Origin: Escherichia coli
GTDB taxonomy: Bacteria; Pseudomonadota; Gammaproteobacteria; Enterobacterales; Enterobacteriaceae
DNA: 64,000 nucleotides
Assembly: GCF_013122565.1 (NCBI RefSeq)
Contig: NZ_CP053258.1
Reading direction: 5' to 3' (one strand)
The position numbers and the translations under genes are program-made. The notes below the pieces were generated by a model that had not been told where the DNA came from, did not search any database, and worked only from the letters and a program-made list of their open reading frames with translations. Shown in pieces: positions 20,835 to 34,450 of this stretch. Position 1 is the first letter of the stretch; every line of letters starts with the position of its first letter.

Positions 20835-22804
20835 CACGACTCGCCATTGGCAAACCCGCTCCCCTCGGCGCGCATTACGACGGTCAGGGCGTCAACTTCA
20901 CACTTTTCTCCGCTCATGCCGAGCGGGTAGAGCTGTGTGTCTTTGACGCCAATGGCCAGGAACATCGCTATGACTTGCCAGGGCACAGTGGCGACATTTG
21001 GCACGGTTATCTGCCGGATGCGCGCCCGGGTTTGCGTTATGGTTATCGCGTTCATGGCCCCTGGCAACCCGCCGAGGGGCATCGCTTTAACCCGGCGAAG
21101 TTGTTGATTGATCCTTGCGCGCGGCAAATTGACGGGGAATTCAAAGATAACCCGCTGCTGCACGCCGGTCATAATGAACCTGACTATCGCGACAACGCCG
21201 CCATTGCGCCGAAATGCGTAGTGGTGGTTGATCACTATGACTGGGAAGATGATGCCCCGCCGCGCACGCCGTGGGGCAGCACCATCATTTATGAAGCCCA
21301 TGTTAAAGGATTAACGTACCTGCACCCGGAGATCCCGGTCGAGATCCGTGGCACTTATAAAGCCCTGGGGCATCCGGTGATGATCAACTATTTGAAACAG
21401 TTGGGCATTACCGCGCTGGAACTACTGCCGGTGGCGCAGTTTGCCAGTGAACCACGTCTGCAACGCATGGGGCTAAGTAACTACTGGGGTTACAACCCGG
21501 TGGCGATGTTTGCGCTGCATCCGGCGTATGCCTGCTCGCCAGAAACGGCGCTGCATGAGTTTCGCGATGCAATCAAAGCACTGCATAAAGCGGGTATCGA
21601 AGTCATTCTTGATATCGTGCTCAACCATAGTGCGGAACTGGACCTCGACGGCCCGTTATTCTCGCTGCGTGGGATCGACAACCGTAGCTATTATTGGATA
21701 AGAGAAGACGGCGATTATCACAACTGGACCGGTTGTGGCAACACGCTCAATTTGAGTCATCCGGCGGTGGTGGAGTATGCCTGCACCTGCCTGCGTTATT
21801 GGGTAGAAACCTGCCACGTCGATGGTTTCCGCTTTGATCTGGCGGCAGTCATGGGCCGTACGCCAGAGTTCCGTCAGGATGCGCCGTTGTTTACCGCTAT
21901 CCAGAACTGCCCGGTGCTCTCGCAGGTGAAGTTAATTGCTGAACCGTGGGATATCGCTCCTGGTGGTTATCAGGTGGGAAATTTCCCGCCGCTGTTTGCC
22001 GAGTGGAACGATCATTTCCGCGATGCTGCCCGTCGTTTCTGGCTACATTATGATTTGCCTCTGGGGGCGTTTGCCGGGCGTTTTGCTGCCTCCAGTGATG
22101 TTTTTAAACGTAATGGTCGTCTGCCGAGTGCCGCGATTAATCTCGTCACCGCGCATGACGGTTTTACGCTTCGCGACTGCGTTTGTTTCAACCATAAACA
22201 CAATGAAGCAAACGGAGAAGAAAATCGCGACGGGACCAACAACAATTACAGTAACAATCATGGTAAAGAAGGGTTAGGCGGTTCTCTTGACCTGGTTGAA
22301 CGGCGGCGCGACAGTATTCACGCCCTGTTAACAACGTTGTTGCTCTCCCAGGGTACGCCGATGTTACTGGCCGGTGACGAACACGGTCACAGCCAGCATG
22401 GCAATAACAATGCCTACTGTCAGGATAACCAATTAACCTGGTTGGACTGGTCGCAGGCAAGCAGTGGTTTAACCGCATTTACCGCCGCGTTAATCCATCT
22501 GCGCAAGCGCATTCCCGCTTTGGTGGAGAATCGCTGGTGGGAAGAAGGCGACGGCAATGTCCGTTGGCTAAATCGATATGCTCAACCTTTAAGCACGGAT
22601 GAGTGGCAAAACGGGCCGAAACAGCTGCAAATTCTGCTCTCGGATCGCTTTTTGATCGCAATTAACGCCACGCTTGAGGTAACAGAGATTGTTTTACCTG
22701 CTGGGGAGTGGCACGCCATTCCCCCATTCGCTGGAGAGGATAACCCAGTGATTACGGCTGTCTGGCAGGGACCTGCACACGGATTGTGTGTGTTCCAGAG
22801 ATGA
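20831..22804 (+). CDS. glgX: glycogen debranching enzyme
   Basis: 657 aa, GH13; 4-nt overlap with glgB. Confidence 0.95.
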
Positions 22805-22821
22805 TAAAAAAGGAGTTAGTC

Positions 22822-24117
22822 ATGGTTAGTTTAGAGAAGAACGATCACTTAATGTTGGCGCGCCAGCTGCCATTGAAATCTGTTGCCCTGATACTGGCGG
22901 GAGGACGTGGTACCCGCCTGAAGGATTTAACCAATAAGCGAGCAAAACCGGCCGTACACTTCGGCGGTAAGTTCCGCATTATCGACTTTGCGCTGTCTAA
23001 CTGCATCAACTCCGGGATCCGTCGTATGGGCGTGATCACCCAGTACCAGTCCCACACTCTGGTGCAGCACATTCAGCGCGGCTGGTCATTCTTCAATGAA
23101 GAAATGAACGAGTTTGTCGATCTGCTGCCAGCACAGCAGAGAATGAAAGGGGAAAACTGGTATCGCGGCACCGCAGATGCGGTCACCCAAAACCTCGATA
23201 TTATCCGCCGTTATAAAGCGGAATACGTGGTGATCCTGGCGGGCGACCATATCTACAAGCAAGACTACTCGCGTATGCTTATCGATCACGTCGAAAAAGG
23301 CGCACGTTGCACCGTTGCTTGTATGCCAGTACCGATTGAAGAAGCCTCCGCATTTGGCGTTATGGCGGTTGATGAGAACGATAAAATTATCGAATTCGTT
23401 GAAAAACCTGCTAACCCACCGTCAATGCCGAACGATCCGAGCAAATCTCTGGCGAGTATGGGTATCTACGTCTTTGACGCCGACTATCTGTATGAACTGC
23501 TGGAAGAAGACGATCGCGATGAGAACTCCAGCCACGACTTTGGCAAAGATTTGATTCCCAAGATCACCGAAGCCGGTCTGGCCTATGCGCACCCGTTCCC
23601 GCTCTCTTGCGTACAATCCGACCCGGATGCCGAGCCGTACTGGCGCGATGTGGGTACGCTGGAAGCTTACTGGAAAGCGAACCTCGATCTGGCCTCTGTG
23701 GTGCCGGAACTGGATATGTACGATCGCAATTGGCCAATTCGCACCTACAATGAATCATTACCGCCAGCGAAATTCGTGCAGGATCGCTCCGGTAGCCACG
23801 GGATGACCCTTAACTCACTGGTATCCGGCGGTTGTGTGATCTCCGGTTCGGTGGTGGTGCAGTCCGTTCTGTTCTCGCGCGTTCGCGTGAATTCATTCTG
23901 CAACATTGATTCCGCCGTATTGTTACCGGAAGTATGGGTAGGTCGCTCGTGCCGTCTGCGCCGCTGCGTCATCGATCGTGCTTGTGTTATTCCGGAAGGC
24001 ATGGTGATTGGTGAAAACGCAGAGGAAGATGCACGTCGTTTCTATCGTTCAGAAGAAGGCATCGTGCTGGTAACGCGCGAAATGCTACGGAAGTTAGGGC
24101 ATAAACAGGAGCGATAA
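22822..24117 (+). CDS. glgC: glucose-1-phosphate adenylyltransferase
   Basis: 431 aa from [11 protein letters not shown]; nucleotidyltransferase motif GGRGTRL. Confidence 0.95.
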
Positions 24118-25550
24118 TGCAGGTTTTACATGTATGTTCAGAGATGTTCCCGCTGCTTAAAACCGGCGGTCTGGCTGATGTTATTGGGGCATTACCCGCA
24201 GCACAAATCGCAGACGGCGTTGACGCTCGCGTACTGTTGCCTGCATTTCCCGATATTCGCCGTGGCGTGACCGATGCGCAGGTAGTATCCCGTCGTGATA
24301 CCTTCGCCGGACATATCACGCTGTTGTTCGGTCATTACAACGGGGTTGGCATTTACCTGATTGACGCGCCGCATCTCTATGATCGTCCGGGAAGCCCGTA
24401 TCACGATACCAACTTATTTGCCTACACCGACAACGTATTGCGTTTTGCGCTGCTGGGGTGGGTTGGGGCAGAAATGGCCAGCGGGCTTGACCCATTCTGG
24501 CGTCCTGATGTGGTGCATGCGCACGACTGGCATGCAGGCCTTGCGCCTGCGTATCTGGCGGCGCGCGGGCGTCCTGCGAAGTCGGTGTTTACTGTGCACA
24601 ACCTGGCCTATCAAGGCATGTTTTATGCACATCACATGAATGACATCCAATTGCCATGGTCATTCTTTAATATTCATGGGCTGGAATTCAACGGACAAAT
24701 CTCTTTCCTGAAGGCCGGTCTGTACTATGCCGATCACATTACGGCGGTCAGTCCAACCTACGCTCGCGAGATCACTGAACCGCAGTTTGCCTACGGTATG
24801 GAAGGTCTGTTGCAACAGCGTCACCGTGAAGGGCGTCTTTCCGGCGTACTGAACGGCGTGGACGAGAAAATCTGGAGTCCAGAGACGGACTTACTGTTGG
24901 CCTCGCGCTACACCCGCGATACGTTGGAAGATAAAGCGGAAAATAAGCGCCAGTTACAAATCGCAATGGGGCTTAAGGTTGACGATAAAGTGCCGCTTTT
25001 TGCAGTGGTGAGCCGTCTGACCAGCCAGAAAGGTCTCGACCTGGTGCTGGAAGCCTTACCGGGCCTTCTGGAGCAGGGCGGGCAGCTGGCGCTACTCGGC
25101 GCGGGCGATCCGGTGCTGCAGGAAGGTTTTCTTGCGGCGGCAGCGGAATACCCCGGCCAGGTGGGCGTTCAGATTGGCTATCACGAAGCATTTTCGCATC
25201 GCATTATGGGCGGCGCGGACGTCATTCTGGTGCCCAGCCGTTTTGAACCGTGCGGCTTAACGCAACTTTATGGATTGAAGTACGGTACGCTGCCGTTAGT
25301 GCGGCGCACCGGTGGGCTTGCTGATACGGTTTCTGACTGTTCTCTTGAGAACCTTGCAGATGGCGTCGCCAGTGGGTTTGTCTTTGAAGATAGTAATGCC
25401 TGGTCGCTGTTACGGGCTATTCGACGTGCTTTTGTACTGTGGTCCCGTCCTTCACTGTGGCGGTTTGTGCAACGTCAGGCTATGGCAATGGATTTTAGCT
25501 GGCAGGTCGCGGCGAAGTCGTACCGTGAGCTTTACTATCGCTTGAAATAG
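24117..25550 (+). CDS. glgA: glycogen synthase
   Basis: 477 aa; KTGGL motif near the N-terminus; ATG overlaps the glgC stop. Confidence 0.95.
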
Positions 25551-28016
<2,466 letters not shown>

Positions 28017-28039
28017 GTTCACTAAAAAACAGAACGGGG

Positions 28040-28070
28040 CCAAAGGGTCCCGTTTTTTTTCGCCATCATT
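28040..28070 (+). terminator. intrinsic terminator after glgP
   Basis: Hairpin aacggggccaaagggtcccgtt followed by a run of 8 T. Confidence 0.7.
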
Positions 28071-28132
28071 TCGGAAAAGTGTCCAGAAGGGGCAAGGGGA
28101 CTCGGGGAGTATAATTTCGCCATTCAGAAAGA

Positions 28133-29650
28133 ATGGAAAGAATAATGCAAAACAGAAAATGGATTTTGACCTCGCTGGTAATGACTTTTTTCGGCATCCC
28201 CATACTGACGCAATTTTTGGCAGCGGTTGTTGCTATGCTGGGGGGCGGGCTTGCCGCTATTCTTGAGGTTTGCAATTTACTCTTTACGCCAGCAATTTAT
28301 CTTCTACTCAACGTCTTTATGCTGACTCTGGGGGCGATAATAATATTTTTCTCTGGTCGCGTGTGGGCGGGCGATAGTGCACCAGAAAAAAAAGAAATAG
28401 CCGTCTGGCGACAATGTCTTTTTTTAGTACCTGCTTTATTCACCCTGGTTGGCTGGATAATCACGCTACATCTGGCAGATTATCAATTTCGCCAGATGGG
28501 AGACGGTTGGTTGGCAAACCTTATGCTTCCCTGGTTGGGCGTTTTTTTAGTCTCATTAGTGGGTGGTGAGTACTGGTGGATAGTCATTATACCCGTTGGC
28601 GCGCATATCAGTTTTTCGCTGGGGTACGGTTGGCCGACCAGACATCTTTTAACGGGCACGTCCGGGTTACGTTGCCGTAATTCCCTCTTGTTTATCCTTC
28701 TCATGCTTGGTTTTGTCGCCGGTTACCAGGCTTATTTATATAAACAGCTTAATCCCGGCGTCGGTGTGCGTGAAAATATTGATACCTGGGCCTGGCGACC
28801 CGATAAACTCAATAATCAACTGACACCACTGCGTGGTAAACCGCAAATTCAGTTCACGCAAAACTGGCCGCGACTCGATGGTGCTACGGCGGCGTACCCA
28901 ATTTATGCCTCTGCATTTTATGCTTTAAGCGTTATACCGGAAGATTTTCACGCCAGGAAATATCTGGAGAACTCTCGTACCCCCGATGCGTATAACAGGA
29001 TTGTTAAAGGTGATGCCGATATTATTTTTGTGGCGCAGCCCTCCGGTGGGCAGAAAAAACGCGCTGAGGAATCGGGCGTCACTTTGCTGTACACGCCTTT
29101 TGCCCGTGAAGCGTTTGTTTTCATCGTCAATGCAGATAACCCGGTTAATTCCCTGACCGAACAACAAGTGCGTGACATCTTCAGTGGCGCAATTACCAAC
29201 TGGCGCACGGTTGGCGGTAACGATCAGGAGATCCAGACCTGGCAACGCCCGGAAGACTCAGGTAGCCAGACGGTGATGCAGGCGCAGGTCATGAAAAATG
29301 TACGTATGATCTCGCCGCAGGAGACCGAAGTGGCTGAAATGATGGGAGGGATGATTAAAGTTGTTGCCGAATACCGTAATACAAACAACTCAATAGGCTA
29401 CACCTTCCGCTATTACGCAACGCAAATGAATACCGATAAGAATATCAAATTGTTAGCGATTAACGGTATTGCACCGACTGCGGAAAACATCCGTAACGGC
29501 AAATATCCCTATATCGTCGATGCCTTTATGGTAACGCGGGAAAATATGACGTCAGAAACGCAAAAACTGGTGGAATGGTTTTTAACGCCGCAGGGGCAAA
29601 GCCTGGTGGAAGATGTGGGTTATGTGCCGATGTATCCAACAATGAAATAA
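28133..29650 (+). CDS. membrane-embedded protein with C-terminal PstS-like periplasmic binding domain
   Basis: 505 aa. N-terminal ~200 aa contains about 5-6 hydrophobic helices; C-terminal ~290 aa resembles PstS-family binding proteins (GATAAYPIYASAFY, WQRPEDSGSQTVMQ, VGYVPMYP). Start could be 28145. Confidence 0.55.
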   Translation: MERIMQNRKWILTSLVMTFFGIPILTQFLAAVVAMLGGGLAAILEVCNLLFTPAIYLLLNVFMLTLGAIIIFFSGRVWAGDSAPEKKEIAVWRQCLFLVPALFTLVGWIITLHLADYQFRQMGDGWLANLMLPWLGVFLVSLVGGEYWWIVIIPVGAHISFSLGYGWPTRHLLTGTSGLRCRNSLLFILLMLGFVAGYQAYLYKQLNPGVGVRENIDTWAWRPDKLNNQLTPLRGKPQIQFTQNWPRLDGATAAYPIYASAFYALSVIPEDFHARKYLENSRTPDAYNRIVKGDADIIFVAQPSGGQKKRAEESGVTLLYTPFAREAFVFIVNADNPVNSLTEQQVRDIFSGAITNWRTVGGNDQEIQTWQRPEDSGSQTVMQAQVMKNVRMISPQETEVAEMMGGMIKVVAEYRNTNNSIGYTFRYYATQMNTDKNIKLLAINGIAPTAENIRNGKYPYIVDAFMVTRENMTSETQKLVEWFLTPQGQSLVEDVGYVPMYPTMK

Positions 29651-29675
29651 CCCTTGAGAGAAGGGAATCAGGGCG

Positions 29676-30677
29676 ATGAATAAATTCACAGAAGTTTTAC
29701 TGCTAGGTGCGGTATTACTGGCGGGATACGCCGACCGGGAAGCATACTATAACAGCGTCAGGGAAGAAGAGAGTCATGGACTGACTTCTCTGCGGGGACA
29801 GCCTGAATTACGTTACAGCGAAGATTGGTCAAGATGGCCCAGAGTGTACGGCGCTACCGCCTTATACCCCCTGTATGCTTCTGCATATTATGAATTAGTA
29901 CCGGAGCCGAAAGATGCGGATCAAACCTCACTGGCCTGGCAGGCGTATGGTCTGCAGCAAACCCGAACAGCTGAAGCCTACGATAATCTGATTAAAGGTA
30001 CTGCGACTGTTATTTTTGTCGCGCAACCTTCTGAAGGGCAGAAAAAACGTGCAGAAGAAGCGGGAGTTAAGCTGAAATATACCGCGTTTGCCCGCGAAGC
30101 CTTTGTCTTTATCGTTGATATCAAAAACCCGGTGAATTCACTCAGCGAACAGCAGGTCAAAGACATTTTTAGCGGTAAAGTGAGTCGCTGGAATAAAGTC
30201 GGTGGCAGCGACGAACGCATAAAAGTGTGGCAGCGCCCGGAAGATTCCGGTAGCCAGACGGTAATGCAAGAGTTAGTTATGCAAGGCACACCGATGTTAC
30301 CCGCTAAAAAATCAACCATGGTTGATCTTATGGGTGGGTTAATTACCGAAGTCGCCGACTATCAAAACACGCCATCTTCAATCGGTTATACCTTTTATTA
30401 TTATGTTACGCGTATGAATAGTAATATGCTCAAAATGCGCAAGCAGATCAAATTATTAGCCATCAACGGCGTCGCCCCCACTGAGGAAAATATTCGCAAC
30501 GGATCTTATCCCTATATTGTGGACGCCTATATGGTGACCCGTGAAAATCCAGCACCGGAAACGCAAAAGTTTGTCGACTGTTTTTTAAGCCCGCAGGGGC
30601 AACAGTTGGTGCAGGATGTGGGGTATGTGCCTTTATACCCGATTACGAACTCTCGTAAAAAGGATTTTGAAAAATGA
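29676..30677 (+). CDS. secreted PstS-like periplasmic binding-domain protein, paralog of the preceding gene
   Basis: 333 aa with N-terminal signal peptide; shares GATALYPLYASAYY, WQRPEDSGSQTVMQ and VGYVPLYP with the upstream gene. Confidence 0.55.
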   Translation: MNKFTEVLLLGAVLLAGYADREAYYNSVREEESHGLTSLRGQPELRYSEDWSRWPRVYGATALYPLYASAYYELVPEPKDADQTSLAWQAYGLQQTRTAEAYDNLIKGTATVIFVAQPSEGQKKRAEEAGVKLKYTAFAREAFVFIVDIKNPVNSLSEQQVKDIFSGKVSRWNKVGGSDERIKVWQRPEDSGSQTVMQELVMQGTPMLPAKKSTMVDLMGGLITEVADYQNTPSSIGYTFYYYVTRMNSNMLKMRKQIKLLAINGVAPTEENIRNGSYPYIVDAYMVTRENPAPETQKFVDCFLSPQGQQLVQDVGYVPLYPITNSRKKDFEK

Positions 30678-30952
30678 AAATATCAATAAGTAAACTTAGT
30701 GAATTTAAAAAGGTTTCTTTATTATTTCTGGCCTACTCATTATTTATTACTGCTGGGTGTGTCAGTCATCAGAATGTTACTGAAAGTATAAAAGAAAAAC
30801 AGAGTTATAATATTACAAGGATACAGGGGAAACCCGTATTACAAATTCCCGAAAAGGAAGCAACGTGGTTGACCGTGGCGAGGGCCACTACGTTATATCC
30901 ATTGTACTCTTCGGCATATCACATGGTTATAGTTGAACCCAGTGGACACTGA
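30674..30952 (+). pseudogene. truncated third PstS-like paralog with lipoprotein signal peptide
   Basis: 92 aa; lipobox ITAGC, then only the first ~45 aa of the binding domain (IQGKPVLQIPE...ATTLYPLYSSAYH) before a stop; ATGA overlap with the upstream gene; very AT-rich DNA follows. Confidence 0.5.
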
Positions 30953-31027
30953 TTCTGATAATATAGAAAAATCAATGATTAACGTCTCTGTTAATATGGG
31001 TATTACTCAGTAAAGGTAAGAAAAATT

Positions 31028-31219
31028 ATGCTGAAACGATTATTTTTTATTATTCTTATTTTATCCGCAACGGGATGTTCTATTGTTGACACCTCTCTGG
31101 AGAAAAAAGACTTACTTAATTTATCTGTATATGAAAATAATATTGTTGATAATTCAGTGTTAATAAGAGTTGTAGCCAGTCAAAAGGTAAAAGAGACCTG
31201 GTATATATGCAACGAATAA
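31028..31219 (+). CDS. small putative lipoprotein (hypothetical)
   Basis: 63 aa; signal peptide with lipobox LSATGC; in the AT-rich block. Confidence 0.35.
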   Translation: MLKRLFFIILILSATGCSIVDTSLEKKDLLNLSVYENNIVDNSVLIRVVASQKVKETWYICNE

Positions 31220-31671
31220 TAGAAAAAGCTTTAACGGTTTTGCTTATGATTTACGCCGGATCAGCAGCTGCCGAAGGTAAAGTGAACGATTTATGCCACA
31301 TAGGTGATCGTGTAGATAAACTTGAGATTACAAATTATCCTCATGATTACGAGTCGCTAGTTGCAGTTGATGAGAAGCGATTGAATGAAATTTATAAATA
31401 CAAGGTTGAAATTACCTATCTTGATAATAAAGAAAGTAAAAAAATTGTTGAACTATTACAAATGGATTATGCGGAACAAGAAGAAAATGTTACTGATGTG
31501 AGGTGGCGGGTGAATATCACTTCATATGGAAATAAAAAATGTGATATCTATTTTGATGGTTTTGGCTTATGTGGAAAAATTAATGGTGAGAATGTCTGTT
31601 TCAGGCATAACGAAATGATACGGTGGATTGAGTCTCATATTTCTGTATTTCTACATAGTGTTAACGAATGA
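31207..31671 (+). CDS. small secreted hypothetical protein
   Basis: 154 aa; signal peptide ending AGSAAAEG; AT-rich codon usage. Confidence 0.4.
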   Translation: MQRIIEKALTVLLMIYAGSAAAEGKVNDLCHIGDRVDKLEITNYPHDYESLVAVDEKRLNEIYKYKVEITYLDNKESKKIVELLQMDYAEQEENVTDVRWRVNITSYGNKKCDIYFDGFGLCGKINGENVCFRHNEMIRWIESHISVFLHSVNE

Positions 31672-31690
31672 ATGTGAAAAAGGAATTTAT

Positions 31691-32143
31691 ATGCAATTTT
31701 TATTTAAAAATAATAAATTATTTTTTATAAGGATAAGGTTAGTTTCGGTTATTTTATTTTTATTTATGAGTACTTCCTTGTATGCTAAAAATCCATGTGA
31801 AGGACTTAAAGGTGATTTACCTGCGGCGCAGTTAATTCCACTTAAGAAAAATATTGCCAGGCAGTTGAATTCTGAAATGGAACAGGTAGTAGAAGTTAAT
31901 AAAGTTGAAATATTATCTTTCGATACCTTGCAGGAATGGTCAATTGTTGGTGTCGCTACCGGAGTATCAGATGATGCATTGTTAATTTATAAAGGGAATA
32001 TCACTAAAACTGATTATGTGGCATTATTTGGAGGCGCTGCAAGTATTAACGATGACATGATCCAATGGATAAACCAGAAAGCGCCGGGAATTCCAGATAA
32101 GTTGGCACAATGTTTTGCGTGGGGAGCTGTATATCGTGATTGA
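31691..32143 (+). CDS. small secreted hypothetical protein
   Basis: 150 aa from MQFLFKNNK with aagga Shine-Dalgarno 8 nt upstream; signal peptide ending LYAKNP. Confidence 0.4.
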   Translation: MQFLFKNNKLFFIRIRLVSVILFLFMSTSLYAKNPCEGLKGDLPAAQLIPLKKNIARQLNSEMEQVVEVNKVEILSFDTLQEWSIVGVATGVSDDALLIYKGNITKTDYVALFGGAASINDDMIQWINQKAPGIPDKLAQCFAWGAVYRD

Positions 32144-32161
32144 TAATAAAAGGACAACCAA

Positions 32162-32869
32162 ATGGAATTAGTTGATACGTTATTTGCAAGCCTCGCCGGT
32201 ACTGATCCTTTCACAGGCGTGGATATTACGATTGCCAAATGCGAATCGGCATATTGGGCCGAGGGCATTGTTCAGCTGCTCATTAACCAGGCCCTGGATG
32301 AAGGGGAAAAGTTCGTCGGTGCTGCCGGTCTTGAGGGATTGCTTCGATATGATGTCACATTAAATATTGGCTTAACGTCCAGCAATGTATGGCCGGGGTT
32401 TTCCCTCGATACCGCCACCATTGGCCGTCTTTGTGCCTGTGGTGCTGACTTTGGATTTGACCCTTATATCAGTGATGTACCAGATGTTCAATGTGACCTG
32501 AACACGACAAATGACTTCACCGTTCAATTTACGGCGATGCTCAACCCGGAGCGGGCGATCATAGCAAAGCGCCCGCTTAAAAAATGTGACTCCTGGATTG
32601 AGGATGTCTATATCTTTCAGGTCTTTAAAGAAGCCTGGAAGTTTCATAACGATAACAGCTTACGAGGATTTCGCGATAAGCAGGCTGAACTGAAACTCTA
32701 CGCGCGTCATTACTCAGTGGAAAATTGTATAGAGGAAAGCTGCCGTGACTGTAATAGTTGTATTCGGCCCAGCTTTTCCCTTTCTCGTAGTGCCATTATT
32801 CGCCTGAACGCGGCGAATGCTCGTTTTGTTTATCAACCGTTTACACGCGACCAGCGGGCGAGGGGGTAA
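32162..32869 (+). CDS. hypothetical protein, Cys-rich C-terminal part
   Basis: 235-aa ORF with no recognisable family; stop lies 2 nt before the next start. Confidence 0.4.
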   Translation: MELVDTLFASLAGTDPFTGVDITIAKCESAYWAEGIVQLLINQALDEGEKFVGAAGLEGLLRYDVTLNIGLTSSNVWPGFSLDTATIGRLCACGADFGFDPYISDVPDVQCDLNTTNDFTVQFTAMLNPERAIIAKRPLKKCDSWIEDVYIFQVFKEAWKFHNDNSLRGFRDKQAELKLYARHYSVENCIEESCRDCNSCIRPSFSLSRSAIIRLNAANARFVYQPFTRDQRARG

Positions 32870-32871
32870 TT

Positions 32872-33660
32872 ATGCAACCCAGTCCCGCCATGCAGAATAT
32901 TATTGCCCATGCCTGGGCGATATTTCATTTTTATCCTGCACCGCAACAGTTCAATATTTGCGTTCCTTGCTGTGTCAGCGAAGAGGTCGCGCAGGCGTTA
33001 CGGCAAACACCGTTACGTCAATTAACCGTTGAAATGATATATGAATGGAACAGTAGCGCGAGGCCTTTTGAACAACAGAATGATGAAATCCGTTACCTCC
33101 TTCCGAGACTGCTGGAATTACTGGCTCACGGTCATTGTCCTGCCATAAATGAAGAGTTATGCCTGAAACGTATTGGCGCTATTTCCCTGGACACCTGGCA
33201 GCCGGAGGAGCGTGATGTACTTACCGATTTTTCCCGCCAGTATATTCGCGATTTATTACTTACCCCGACATTGACCGATCTTGAATCTGCCCTCGTGATG
33301 TTTCATTTTGCCGGACTATCTATAACGGCTTTATTAGATGAGGCGCTGAACACGCCTGGCTATTGGGCTATCGCTTCGCTGGCCTATTTTTTGTATATCA
33401 AGCGTCCAAACGGCGAATTACGTAACGCGTTTATCTCACGCAAGCCGGATGGTGAAGTGATAACGCAGCAAATTAACGCCTGGATTGCGCAATCATGTCA
33501 CGCGCTGGCAGAACGCGCCGCGGCGGCGATTGAATGCTCGCCATCCCTTCCCGGCGGTGGACACACGGAGTACAGTGTTGACCTGAGCTACCTGATTGAC
33601 GAAAGCCTTTGTGCGCTTGTTGATTATCAATTGCTCTGGACGATGGACCGTAATGAATAA
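32872..33660 (+). CDS. hypothetical protein, paralog A of a tandem pair
   Basis: 262 aa beginning MQPSPAMQ; shares N-terminal Cys motif, NDEIRYLLPRL and other blocks with the next gene. Confidence 0.45.
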   Translation: MQPSPAMQNIIAHAWAIFHFYPAPQQFNICVPCCVSEEVAQALRQTPLRQLTVEMIYEWNSSARPFEQQNDEIRYLLPRLLELLAHGHCPAINEELCLKRIGAISLDTWQPEERDVLTDFSRQYIRDLLLTPTLTDLESALVMFHFAGLSITALLDEALNTPGYWAIASLAYFLYIKRPNGELRNAFISRKPDGEVITQQINAWIAQSCHALAERAAAAIECSPSLPGGGHTEYSVDLSYLIDESLCALVDYQLLWTMDRNE

Positions 33661-33671
33661 GGAGATTCACA

Positions 33672-34448
33672 ATGCAACCCAGCCCCGCCATGCAGGCATT
33701 AATTGAGCAGATTTATCATATTTTTCGTCGTTATCCGGTGCCGTCGAGATTTCATGTTTGTTGTCCTTACTGCTTTAGCGAAGAACAACAACAAGCCTTA
33801 AAAGGGGTTTCACTGCGTGCCATACCTTTCCCTTTATTACATGCCTGGGGAACAAGTATTGGCCCTAACCCACAAAATGATAATGAGATTCGCTATTTAT
33901 TACCCAGATTGTTTGACTTTATTGCCCAAAGGCAATTTCCAGGCATTTATGAAGGCTGCTGTTTACAGAGAATAGCAGAAGCAGATAACCAGAACTGGCG
34001 AGCGGATGAACTACAAATAATTAGCGATTTCGCCTATTTATATATGCAGGATTGGGTGTCGGTTAAGGAAGTTGTGGAGCTGGAAATAATATTAGAAATG
34101 TTTTATCGCGGTGGTATAAAGATTGAACCCTTACTTGACGCTATTATGTCCATTTCCGGTTACTGGCCGACGGCGTCAATGGCATGTTTGCTCTGGCGTA
34201 ACAGTAAAGAATACGTCGAAAATAGCGAGTTTGAGCAGAGTGATGATGATAAAACCATTACCACCCAAATCAATACCTGGGCTAGAAATAATCATCCTTT
34301 GCTGAAAGAACGCGCGCGGCAAGCGATTGAGAACCCGCTAAAACAGCCCGAACAGGGCACACGATATCAGGTCTGGGAAGACGACTGGATGATTGATGAG
34401 TGTTTGTGCGCAATGTATGACGCATCATCCGAATCATCAGGACAATAA
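33672..34448 (+). CDS. hypothetical protein, paralog B of a tandem pair
   Basis: 258 aa beginning MQPSPAMQ; paralogous to 32872..33660. Confidence 0.45.
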   Translation: MQPSPAMQALIEQIYHIFRRYPVPSRFHVCCPYCFSEEQQQALKGVSLRAIPFPLLHAWGTSIGPNPQNDNEIRYLLPRLFDFIAQRQFPGIYEGCCLQRIAEADNQNWRADELQIISDFAYLYMQDWVSVKEVVELEIILEMFYRGGIKIEPLLDAIMSISGYWPTASMACLLWRNSKEYVENSEFEQSDDDKTITTQINTWARNNHPLLKERARQAIENPLKQPEQGTRYQVWEDDWMIDECLCAMYDASSESSGQ

Positions 34449-34450
34449 AG

